Shown: piece after piece, positions 39,265-51,800 of the stretch
How positions within the stretch are numbered: position 1 is the first letter of the stretch
Layout of the letters: each line of letters starts with the position of its first letter
Assembly (NCBI GenBank): GCA_002269645.1
Contig: NIVC01000077.1
Span: 124,001-188,000 of the forward strand
DNA from: Macrostomum lignano
Taxonomy: Eukaryota
Length of the DNA: 64,000 nt
Direction of reading: 5' to 3'
Position numbers and translations under genes: made by a program
Notes under the pieces: generated by a model
Told to the model about the DNA's origin: nothing
Seen by the model: the letters and a program-made list of their open reading frames with translations, nothing else
The model's database searches: none

Positions 39265-42200
39265 TCACTCAAAGGTGCTGTCGCTGTCTTGCGCCGCTGC
39301 TGCCGCCGCCGCAGAATCTGCCGGCGGCGAAGAGGAGGCGCTAGCAGCAGGTGAGCTGCAGAACTGCTGGGCAGCTGCCGCAGCAGCCGCCTCGCCAGAG
39401 CGGTGAAAATTCAAACCGCCAAATGGCAGTTTCGGGCAGGAGCTGGCCGCCGAAGACGTTACCGCAGGCGTAGCAGAGCTCCGGAATCCCGCTTGATGAT
39501 GAGCGGCCTGCGTCAGTGGCGGCAGCGACGCCTGGTGCAGCAAAGGTGGCGGCGGGAGCGCCGGCGGAAGGAACGGCAGGGAGACCCCACCGCGTCCAGC
39601 TGCCGCCGCGGCAGCCGCCAGCCACAGAAGCTCTGGTGGGCAGCCGCCGCCTCCGCTGTTGCCTCCTCCACCAGCGGCGCCTCCGCTTCCAGTTGAGGTG
39701 GCCGCCGCAGCGGCGGCAGCAGCGGCAGCAGCGGCGCACCGGGACAGAAAATTCGAGGAGGCAGCGGACGACGATGGAGACGTCGATGACGGAAGCTGAT
39801 GCGGTGGGGCGGCGGCGGCGGCGGCGGGGGCGGCGGCGGAGGTGGCGGATGGCCTGGGGGAAACGGCGGGCCAAAGATTGACTCCAGCAGGTGCGGATGG
39901 TGATGAGGCGCCATCCCGGATGTGAGGCGCCAGGCGTCCAAACAGCTGCCCGTTTCGCTGGTCAGCTGCTTCTCGCGCTTGCGCCACTTTGCTCGTCGGT
40001 TTTGGAACCACACCTGCGGTTTGCGGTGGGGCAGGACTGGCGTTGGAGATGATACTGGAATCCCATATATTTGGCACTAGAATCCCATAGAAATGGCACT
40101 GGAATCCTATAGAAATGGCACTGGAATCCCATAGAAATGGCACTGGAATCTCATAGAATTGGCACTGGAATCCCATAGAATTGGCACTGGAATCCCATAG
40201 AAATGGCACTGGAATCCCATAGAATTGGCACTGGAATCCTATAGAAATGGCACTGGAATCTCATAGAATTGGCACTGGAATCCCATAGAATTGGCACTGG
40301 AATCCCATAGAAATGGCACTGGAATCCCATAGAATTGGCCCTGGAATCCTATAGAATTGGCACTGGAATCCTATAGAAATGGCACTGGAATCTCATAGAA
40401 TTGGCACTGGAATCCTATAGAATTGGCACTGGAATCTCATAGAATTGGCACTAGAATCCCATAGAAATGGCACTGGAATGGAATCACAAAGAATTGGCAC
40501 TATAGCACAAATTTGTCAGTGAAATCCAAATGAAGCATGCAGTCACAACTTTCAGAAGGAAATGAATAATAACGACTTCAGAGAAGTCAGTCAATATAGA
40601 CTGCAGTAGTTACAATATCCGTCGATGAAGGCAAAGATGCAATATTGCTGGCGGCACTGTCTCAATCAAGCTGGAGATATTATTTAGAGCAATAAAACTT
40701 CTCTGTCCCTCAGGACACGCCCAAAAATCTTCTCTATTTACCAACTTGGGTTGGTGGGGCCTGGGGTGGCCGAGCAATCTAGGAAATCAATCGTAATGGA
40801 AGGAATTCTAGGCCTATTGGCTGCGTAGATGCGGGCCGAAACCCAAGGGTCCGCCATAATCCTGCTCAGTGTAATAACGACTCTAAACGGGCGACTCAAG
40901 CGAATAAAATGAGATTCGAAATGCCGCCCCCGGGGGTCGCGAGGCGCTGTTATAAGGCGTAATGACATTGGGGGCGCTGGGGAGGCCACCGATTATTAGT
41001 TTACACAACAATTGACAAACAGGCCCGGTGCAGAGAGGCAATTTGAGGTGGCGAATTGGCCAATTTTCATTAAAACCCGAGACCCCCGCCCACCCTGTTA
41101 GCCACTTGGCCAAATCCTCTCAATTACTTATTAAGTCTTGGCCGTCTCCAACTGGCACAGCGGGAGGCCCCCGGGTGACGACGCCCCCATCAGTCCTGAT
41201 CTCGTTACTGCCTAATTCAAATGTAATAACCTGATTGAGTAGCTTTGCCGGGCTTGCAGACGAGAGGGCACGGCTTAGTGTGTAGGGTTTCTGGGGATTG
41301 GGAAAAAAGAAGAAGAGCTATACGCTCTGGCGCCAGATTTTTGCCCTTGAAATTATCTAGCCCAAAACTCACGGCTAAGAATTGGCCTTTCGACTTGACA
41401 AATTTCTTGGAAAGTGGATGAAAAAATCGATAAAGTCGCTGCCCAGTCTGTCTGAAATTGCATGCTTAATTTCTTACCAGATGGATAGGGGTTGGTGACA
41501 GGGTGCGGAATGCAGAGTGACAGGGCGATGGATACAGGGTGACAGTGGTGCTGAATACAGGGTGACAGGGAGCTGGATACAGGGTGACAGGGGTGCAGAA
41601 TACAGGGTGACAGGGCGCTGGATACAGGGTGACAGGGGTGCAGAATACAGGGTGACAGGGCGCTGGATACAGGGGATACAATGCAGGGACAGGGTGTTGG
41701 TGGAGAGAAGATAAAGGGGGGGGGTGCTTTCACAAGGTCGAAAACTTAATAGCTCGTAATAACAAGAACTATGCAGTAGTTTTCTACGTTGTGAAATTTC
41801 GACCTTATGAAGTCTCTTACTAGAGTTTTCGATGTTGTGAAATTTCGACCTAGTGAAGTTTCGACCTTGTGAAAGTGGCTGCTATTTGAGTTTTCGATGT
41901 CATGAAATTTCGACCTTGTGAAATTTCGATCTTGTGAAAGAAGGTGCTTTCGACGTTGTGAAATTTCGAGTTTGTGAACCCCCCCCCCCCCCCGATAAAG
42001 GGAGAGTAAGAGGGGTGAGTAGAAGAGAGCAGACGAGAGAGCATTAGATCAAAGTTTAAAAATAACACGGAGAGTGAGAGCAGACGGGAGAGAGCACTAG
42101 ATCAAAGTTTAGAGCGAACACGGAGAGTGAGAGCAGACGGGAGACAGCACTAGATCAGAGGATGAACTAACATGGAGAGTGAGAAGAGACAGCCGCATAT

Positions 42201-44669
42201 AGAAGTTTAGTCCACTTGAGCAGAGGGATTTCTCTGTCGCACCCTCGAGTCTTCTCAATTGAATCTATATAAAATATAAATTGGCCACAGAAATAAACAA
42301 GCCTACATTTAGCCAATTCAGCAGATCCCACCGCTAATCCCATTATTTCCGCCTCGTTGATCACTTTTTGCCCCCCCCCCCCTGCCCACCCTCATCCGCC
42401 CCCTGTCTGTTGGAGTATAGCCGCAGGAATGCCAGCCCGCAGCCTTGAGTTCCGGCCTAATTGCCCGTGAGTGAGAGAATCTCCTCAGAGCTCGGGCCGG
42501 GTAGGACTCGCTATACAGAAACGAAATTCGCACCAACGAACGAGCAGCGAATTAGCTGATAGATTATTAAATGCGCGCTTTTATCGACAGACTTCATTCA
42601 AAGCTTTGAGTAGAAATTGCGAAGCCATACTTCAGAATTGTGCGTTTGACATCTGTCCAACAATTTCCTGTCCATTAAGCCGGAGGGCCCGATGAGGGGG
42701 TTGGGAAAGAAATCAAAGCTGTTTGTCCCCAGCGATATTACGGTCATATAGAATTGTGTGCAAATATATGGATCCTGAGTGCGGGACTAAAATTGAAAAG
42801 AATGTGTTTACGACCTATATGGTTTGTTTGGCTTTGATCACTACTGTAATTTTGAAATACGATTTTTCAGACTTTGGATGCTATATAGTTCTCAAGCCAT
42901 ATTGAAATTGCTTTTAATTCAGTAATTCAAACTATTTTCTTTGTCTCTAGTTCTTCGTTTTCATTTAAACTCCCTCATTCCCTCCCTCTCACTCCCTCTC
43001 ACTCTCATTCACCCCCTCTCACTCTCATTCACTCCCTCTGACTCTCATTCGCTCCCTCTCACTCTCATTCACTCCCTCTGACTCTCATTCGCTCCCTCTG
43101 ACTCTCATTCACCCACTCTCATTCACCCCCTCTCACTCTCAGTCACTCCCTCTCACTCTCATTCACTCCCTCTCACTCTCATTCGCTCCCTCTGACTCTC
43201 ATTCGCTCCCTCTGACTCTCATTCACCCACTCTCATTCACCCCCTCTCACTCTTATTCACTACCTCCCACTCTCATTCATTCCCTCTCACTCTCATTCAC
43301 ACTCTCACTCTCATTCACCCCCTCTCACTCTTATTCACTACCTCTCACTCTCATTCATTCCCTCTCACTCTCATTCACACTCTCACTCTCATTCACCCCC
43401 TCTCACTCTCATTCACACTCTCACTCTCATTCACTCCCTCTCACTCTCATTCATTCCCTCTCACTCTCATTCACTCTCTCTCACTCTCATTCATTCCCTC
43501 TCACTCTCATTCACTCCCTCTGACTCTCGTTCACCCACTCTCATTCACTCCTATGAAAGTGAAATCGAACGGAAATTTGAAGCTTCTAAAGTATGTAGTT
43601 AGGGAAATTTGCAGTACAGGCAATTGTGCAGCAGGCGCATCTCTGAATATGTACATCAATCAGTAAACTAAAGCTGTCAATCAACCAAACAGCCAAGCAG
43701 CTCACCTGCACCCGAGCCTCGCTAAGCTGAAGCCGCTGCGCTAGCTCCTCTCTAGTGAACACGTCGGGATACTGCGACTTCTCGAACGCCTGCTCCAGCT
43801 GGTGCAGCTGAAAAGTGGTGAAAGTCGTCCGCGACCGGCGAATCTTCCTCGGCGCCTCCTCGTCCTTGTCGTCGATCGAGTCGTCTGGCTGCAGATCGTC
43901 GGCGTTTGACGCTGCGGCACCGACTTCGCCGCCGCCTCCGCCGCCGCCACCGTCCTCGTCATCCAACTCTTCGTTGCTATCGGGATCTGTAGCCATGGCA
44001 GCGGAGCTACCGCCCACGCCGATTTCGCCAATAGTGTGCGAATAATTATTCTCCATGGTCTGATGATGCTGATGACGATGCTGGCTGAGTGCTGCGGCTG
44101 CTGAGTGGCGGATTTTGGTGTGCGGTGAATTTTTTTGCATATAGGGCATGCAGTGTCTTGCGGTTTAGCAGCAAATAGTGCGGCATTGAAGTTATGAAAA
44201 TTGTCTATTCAGGTGTATGATGAGCGTAATGTATAAGCATCAATTCAGTCATATCAGCATTCGCAGCATTTGAATCATTATATAAGTAGGTATTTAAATA
44301 TGGGGATCATTTTTTTCTGAAATAATGATATTTTTCATACAAATGCATCTATGGTTTCAGATATAATTTTGAGTTCGTTAGGAACTTAGAGTAATTAACT
44401 TTCACATCTGTCGCAGTTTTAGAAATAAAGAATTGAATTAATAAATTTCAGAATGGGTTCGCTCCCGCCAATGAGACTGAGATCTTACCATAGAAATGCT
44501 CCTCATCTGGTCGTCTTTTCGAGTTGGCCAAAATTCCAGCAATGGAAAAATTTGTGCTTGCCATGGCCTGTCCGGTTGACTTGGTGACAACCGTATCCAT
44601 GGCAACTGGAAGCTGCTGCTGCTGCTGCTGCTCTTGGCTTCGCAAGGTCAGAGGTCGCGGTTGAATCAT
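39265..44669 (-). CDS. hbn: Homeobrain (paired-class Q50 homeobox); exons about 44669-44489, 44100-43706, 40013-39265 (frame change near 39,805)
   Basis: Homeodomain [47 protein letters not shown]|[15 protein letters not shown] is split by the conserved intron before VWFQN (donor 43705, acceptor 40014). The N-terminal eh1/octapeptide FSIAGILA is present. [16 protein letters not shown] is the homeobrain signature. The start codon (44669, 44600 or 44564) is uncertain. Confidence 0.85.
40056..40480. repeat. 22-bp intronic minisatellite (TGGCACTGGAATCCCATAGAAA)
   Basis: Direct reading. The same unit also occurs at about 37633-37682. Confidence 0.95.
42975..43550. repeat. 20-bp minisatellite (CACTCTCATTCACTCCCTCT)
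   Basis: Direct reading. Confidence 0.93.
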
Positions 44670-47600
44670 GGCTACGCTGACGCTGCAGTTTAAAACTGGC
44701 AGGAAAATAGGCTGTCTGGTTGTGGTGCGATTTTTGAGGCTTGTCTCGGCAGGTCGCTCCGCCACCCACCTCACCCTCCGCTGGCGCCACCAACCCCCTC
44801 GCGTCTCGGTCTGTCATTGGTCCATGGGCTGAGGGGACGACTCCGAGCATGACCAATTCATCAACACGGGACACATAAGTCAAAAAGTGGTGTCAAATAG
44901 TACTCGTATTTAAATTTACCAGTGTTTTTGCTGTGTTAAAGAGATCCGAAACTTCACCGCTTTTATGATCCCAAACATCTCGCATTCACAATTCCTATAA
45001 TTTCGTTCCTAAATCCAACAAACCCTCAGTAATAAACTTGTTATAGTGCGAGCGCACATTAATCATTCAATTTAATTACATCAAATTCTAATGACAGTAC
45101 TTACTGTCTGTACTCTAGGTACAAACTAATGTATTGTCTACTATAGCTGGCAGACGTGGTTTCTGTGTACATTTACATCCATCGAGAAATACATGCATAA
45201 AATATACAATAGCTCGTATATGATCAGATCAGAAAGATCACTAGGTAGGTAGAAAGGTAGGGAGGTAAGCAGGCGGGTAGGTTGACGATGCATGAAGGTA
45301 GAAGGTAGCTAGGTAGATAAGCAGGTTGGTAGGTAGAGTAAGCAGGTAGTTAGGTAGGTAAGCAGACAATGGATAGGTAGATCGGTAGTTACGAGTAGTT
45401 AGGTAGTAGGTAAGTAAGTAGGTACGGTACGTAGGTCGATATTTAGGTAGGTAGCTAGGTAGCTAGGTAGACAAGCAGGTAGGTAGGTAGACATGCAGGT
45501 AGGTAGGTAGGTAAGAACGTAGGTAGAGCAAACAGGTAAGTGGGCATTCAGACAGGTAGGTAGGTAGATAAACAGATAGGTTTATGCAGGTAAAGAATCA
45601 GTTTCAAGAACACAGGCAAGCATGTAATCGTAATCAATCAGGAACCGGAGAGCTTGTGATTGAAGAGACTAGCCATGCACAGTGATAAAAAGGCAATGGG
45701 GGTCAGTGCGCAGCTCTTTCAACACAACTGGCAGACAGCAGGTGTTTCCAGTCCAGTCGCCATCTCCCCCCACACTCGAATGCCTTGGAGACTCGAATTG
45801 GACAGCCACTTCAAATGGCAATCAAAATCTTGGTCCTCCAAGAGGACACACCAGCGCAAACCAACATGAGGCTCAAAATTTGATGAGGGACCCCCAGATT
45901 GCGACATGAACATTGATTTCTCAACATACGCACTCAACCCGGATTTTCTACAATTAAGCCCCGGCTCCATTAAAACCCCCATGCCTGGAGTTTATAATCT
46001 GGCTAATTATCTTAACCATTGAGGCCCCATAGCAACTACTAGCTCGTACAACTAAGCTATTGAATGACTGCCCGCCCTCCCCTCTACTCACAAATGAACT
46101 GTCCTCTCCACTCGGGTTATCTGGGACAGACTGCACACTGCATGGGCAAAATTCAATAGGAGCTAAAATTTAGAATTCAGAGTGACCAGACGAGCACAGC
46201 AGACTGCAGCCACTTAAAACTGGCACTGCCACTTGCAAATTCTATATAAGTTTATTAAGTGTATGATCATATTCTTTATGACAGATCAAGTCTTGCATGT
46301 AAAGGATATTAATCGCTCTACCCACAGTATAGACAGCTGTCCGCTAATACTCGTACTGTTAAGCTGAATTACAAATAGATCAATGCTCAGGAAGCGTTTT
46401 TTACTTTACAAGATTATCTATTAGCGTTATTTCGAAACTTAGCTTTACCAGCTACTACTAGTTAGTAGCCATACTATCCGGGCTATATCAAGAACCTAGA
46501 ACCAGTAAATGATGGAGTACAGCATCCCCAAATCCTCGTTTCCAGTGTCAACTGTCAAAAATGCTTTGGTGCAACCGAAGTAAGGATGAATTCAGTTAAA
46601 ATTTAGTTAAATTCAATATACTAAAACTGACGCGATGTTTGTCTTGACACTATATAGTCTATATTTCGTATGTCAACTGAAAACCTGCAGCCAGTCAGTC
46701 TAAGCTGTCTGAAAACGAGGGCTTGGAAAAGAGTTGGCACTCCAGGTTCTGGTCTTAGATCTCCTTAGCCCTTAGCCATTTTACTGAAATGAACATACTT
46801 GAGAATGCGAACTCCGATCCCAGCCCGCATATTTTAGCGTGTCCCCTATTATCAGATACACCAAACCCACCCCGAGACCCTGTCAATATAGTCCAAATAA
46901 TAACTATACTCAGAGACTACTATATCAGCAAGTGCAGCTAAATACTCGTACATATGCATATGATATGCCAAGCATGTATATGAGCCTAACAGGTTTGTAC
47001 ATGTTTGTACGAAGCAGGTTGAAACAGCTTACATGCGCTGTGAGTCTTACAGTATAGCTCTTGCAGTTATCTACATTTGTTACTACGAGTATATTATTCA
47101 TAATTACTACCATCAAAATAGTATTAGCGACCTGTAAGATTAAATATTACTTAACACTTAAAATGACACCTATATGCACCGGATTGTGTATGATATGAAA
47201 ACACCTATGCAAGGTGGATGAACTTATAAATCGAATCAAAATATGCTAAATGCAATAAACAATGGCCATGTCATTGTTGAGAGAACTTTTTTTGGGCAGC
47301 TAACTTAGCATTTTGACAAACTACTTTCCTCTGGACCGATCGTTTTCATAGTGCTACTAACAGTAGCATACTTGGGCTAATATGTAGTCTATTGTAAGTG
47401 TGGGAAATACTTAAGTGCCAGTGTGAGCTTATTTACAATCAAGCAGATGCTCAAAGATAGTGACAGATTTTTCTCCGCAACAAGAAGGCGGCTACTATGC
47501 AGAGAGAAAGTCGACAATAGCGGACGAAAAAATTCAATTCCTGGGATCTGATCAAATATCCCTTGTTTTTTCAGAGCTCCTGCCTGCATTGTATTTGTGC

Positions 47601-48306
47601 CACTGATTTTCTCGAAACCGATTCTTTCCTTACAGAGAAATCACTTGTCAAGCAAATCATATAGCTTTTTCGGGTTATTGTACTCATATATTACCGACGC
47701 GTAGTGGGTTAGTTATGTAATACAATTCATAAACAGAAGAGATATAAATCAGGTTAAAGTCACGAAGTGATTTTATACCAGTGTGCTTATCATTCTGTCT
47801 AGAACAATGAGAAAACGCACTTGAACGAGAAAAAGATAGAAGAGAATTTTGTGCACGTTCAGCTTGTAGGAAACAAACTTGACAGGCTTATCTTAAAAAA
47901 GAAAAGGCGATTTCTAGAAAGGGCAATAAAGGGGTGATTCCTAGAAAAGGGAATGAAGAGCAGATTTTTAGGAAGATAATTAAAGCTAATCATTAGACAA
48001 TAAACTAAACAGCGATTCTGGTAGCAGTTTGGACAAAACTAAAGTTCAACGATTACTTCATCTCACAGAAACAATCTGCAGAGACGCGGATTTGATACTA
48101 AATAAAATAGCTGTATAATTGAAAAGACAGCTAAACATTGTAGCAAATAGAAGGCGAGAGAAATCTATAAAAGAACACCGAATCCAAAGGAAGCAACAAT
48201 CCTGGCTACTTCAGAAAAGCAAAACACAGGCGCACCTAATATTTCAGCTACATTTTAATTATTAAAAGATAAATTTTCAGCTTTGGGTTTCCAGTCTAGG
48301 AGCCTA

Positions 48307-48654
48307 CTACATCCGGTCGACAGTCCGGATGCCGAGGATGTCTAAGCCAGCCTTCATGATTTTGGCCGTGGCGTCGCACAGCAGGATGCGCCAGTGATTC
48401 ACGCGGATCACCTCGCCTGCAAGGGGGTCGGGAGGGACGACTTGCTTTAATAAGTTCGTCTATCGACCGTATATGCAAATGTACAAAGACAGGTTGGAAA
48501 GTCTGAGAGATACCATAGTAAGCTTATACGGACAAAGGAAATGGACCGACAGACGGACAGACAAAAAAAATACAGGTAAGAGAGCGAGAGATAATATAGA
48601 CATACATACAGACAGGCAGACATACAAACAGATACAGACAGACGGACGGACGGG

Positions 48655-48697
<43 letters not shown>

Positions 48698-48764
48698 ACA
48701 GACAGACAGAAAAACAGATAGACACTAAGACAGACAGACACTAAGACAGACGATAGACAGACAT

Positions 48765-48853
<89 letters not shown>

Positions 48854-51800
48854 GAGCTCACCAGAGTCGCGGTTCTTCTCAATGCAGTAGCAGACATCGT
48901 AGAACTCAGTGAAGACGCAGGCGGTCTCATACAGAAAGTCGCACAGCGAGTGCAGCAGCAAGTCCTGGGTCAGTTTATCAACAACGTCGGCAAATCGAAG
49001 CAGCTGTTTAGCCAATTTCCACTCTTTTGGATGCTGCAGCTCGGTGATGCCGGGACTTTTAGCCAGTTTGAGCAGCTGATCGGGGCTGAGATTGGCGGTC
49101 CTGGCAATGGAGCTGATCCTAGTATAGGCGTACAGCAGGTAAACGGCTGTGTTGCCTCGATCGTCCAGCATCTTATCAAATGAGAACACGTAGTCATTGT
49201 TGCGATTGTGCGACAAATCAGCGTATTTAATGCAGCCATATGCTACAGCCTCCTGGGCGGCCTTGAGCTCCTGAGGCGTCAGCTCCTTGTCCCGGCCTTT
49301 CTCTGCCAGCTTTGCGCCAGCCCGCTCGATGCCCTCGTTCAGCAGGTCGGTCAGGCGGACTGTGTCGCCGCTGCGGGTTTTGAATTTCTTGCGATCTTCG
49401 CCGAGTACGACGCCGAAACCGACGTGGTCGACGCGGGCAACGGCCGGATTGAGCCAGCCGGCCTTCTCGGCAGCTGAGAATATGCCCTGGGGAATGGTTC
49501 ACGGCTAAGAGAGTTGCATGTACGTTGGGGGGGGGGGGTAGCTTGGGGCTGTGGCAAAAAAAGTAGAGGGAAAAGAAAGGGAGATGGGAAAGAAGGAAAT
49601 TATAGATGGGAAGAATACATGGGAAGCATGCCCTGATCGCGTGAGTCTGCTAGACGAAGTTCCTGTCACGAAGGATAACAGAGGGTTGAATAGAAGCCGG
49701 TTGAAGGACGCACAACATTACTAAATCGGGATCCGGCGACCAGAGGACATCTTGTATCGTTGGCGTGCTTGACGGCATTAAGTCGCAACAGTGGTTCAGT
49801 TCTACTGCCATCACGGTGCAGCCGCCGCCCCAACTGACGCGTGTTCAACGGCTGTTCGGATGGATCGACAAGAAGAGTCAACCCCGACGTCACTATCTTG
49901 GCGACCGGCATGCAGATCAATTCTCCTGTACTGAGAGGCGATCCGTCTCAATAGCGGAGCAGTGTTTCGGCTCGAAGGCCAAGACTTGTCTCCCCACAGC
50001 AGAAGACGGTGAGGGAAATTTGTGGTGCATCTGGCAGGAAGACCGGAGCACGATCTATGCATACAATGGACATGCCAGTCAAGCTACTTGAGATAGTTCA
50101 CGAGGACTGCATGCCCGTTTTCAAGGTGGCGGACTTCGAGGCTGACCCCCTCCCTTAGAGCAAGCAGCGCGAACTGACGAATGGTAGCGACCCGGCTGGA
50201 GGAGTCCAACATTATTATACTCATGGCTGGTATTCTCAAGCACGTAACTGCACGTTTCAACTTTCAACTATACTTCGAGGTGTCGAAGTTTTTTCAACCA
50301 CGGAGGGATGTGAGCTGCAAAGGGCGGCTGCACCTAAAACTAGCTGCGTAGTATGCATTTCGTTCTATGTAGCCTATAAGAGTTTTCGTTCCCACGCGCA
50401 TGTTCTTCAGTGTTTTTGCCTTGGCTGGGCTGTAGCTAGAACCGCAGCAGCCTGGGCCCAGAAATACCGTGCTTCGAGTTCAATTCTTTGTTATCCGACG
50501 TGAGCAGAAGGCGCAGGCAGGACCCAAAATCCTACCTATTACAGAGGCTACAATGGGCAGAGTAATAATAAAGGAGAGCCTTTAAGCTGCGCACCTTAAA
50601 ATGCACTCCCTGTCCAATATCAACAACGTAGATCAGCCAATCAGCGGACTCGGCAAACAGTCGCTGTCTAATAGCCGCCAGATCGGAGGTGTCGTAGGTG
50701 AAGCCGCCGTCAGATTTCACCACAGTGAGGGGGATGTCGCATCCAGGCGGCCACATGATGAGGCGGCCCTCGTCCGGCACCAGATGACCGCCGCTTTTCA
50801 ATTCGTCGACAACTTCGGTCATGAGGTCCTGGTAGAATGATTCGCCGCGTTCAACCAGATTCTCAACGCCGAGACGGTCGTACACTCGCTGGAAATAAAT
50901 AGGGAGCATGGTAGAAATTACGTATTAGCAAATTTTGCCATTCTGAATTTGGACCCCGGCTGCCAAATTGGCACTCAGCTGTAAAACTTTCCGCCAGCTC
51001 CTTTGTCCAGTTAAACAGACGCTTGTCCGCTTTTAGTTCTGAGCTGTCGGTGCTAAACAAAAAGCGGTGTGCCAGGGCACATCGAGTACCACAATATCAT
51101 GCAAGATGACCCACTAAGGACGATATGCAATGGATGATAACAGCTTGTGCAGCCATATAAGCGTATGTTTGTGAGCAGTCCTGCCGCTCAATGGGATCGC
51201 ACGATGGGCGCTGCGCTGTTTGCATTTTACGCGTTGCAGGCTTTACTGCAATATTTCAAGAAACTTAAAAAGGAAACTCCATAGCAACACGGCTTACCTG
51301 AAAGTCTTTCCTACTAGCATCGCAGATTAGTTTCCATGCGGCGGTGGAATCCGGATCCCTGCGCTGCAAGGACACCACGGCGGCGTAGGCGCGCTGTTTG
51401 AATTGCTCATCGGAGTCGAATCGAACCTTGGACTCCTTGTAGAAGGCCTGCGATAAGTGATGATTTCATTAACTTGCGGTTAACAATTATCGGCATCTGG
51501 GTTTTTTTCGTCCGAAATCTCAAAATCTAGTTGCCAATTGCCATCCTTAGTTGCCAATTGGCAACTGACCTATTTCAGTGTCCTACTTTATAAAGTTGTT
51601 TTTGCAACAATTTTCACGCATTGACAAAAAATAATATGCTCAAATCAGCTCAGGCTTCAGGTTTTCAGCCAAGCCAATCTTAGCAGTATTAAATGTGACA
51701 GACTGTTTTATCATTGGCAACTGCCTTGGTTCAAGTTGGTTGCCAGATTGGCCTCTGATGCCACAAATCCAGTTGCCAATGGCTTTTTTGGGTAGCCAGT

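Noticed and set aside
40014-40209. N-terminal part of the 314-aa ORF 39265..40209
   Set aside because: It derives from the intronic 22-bp minisatellite. Only the part after about 39,805 looks genuinely coding.
43706-43850. Assignment of the homeobox to aristaless/Arx or Rx
   Set aside because: [16 protein letters not shown] and (S/T)QYPDVFTRE fit homeobrain better than Arx (RRYRTTFTSYQLEELE) or Rx (RRNRTTFTTYQLHELE...YSRE).
49640-50290. GC-balanced, coding-looking segment in a RARS intron (ORFs 49765, 49811, 49666)
   Set aside because: All frames are interrupted and no motif was recognised. It is possibly a decayed TE but cannot be supported without a search.
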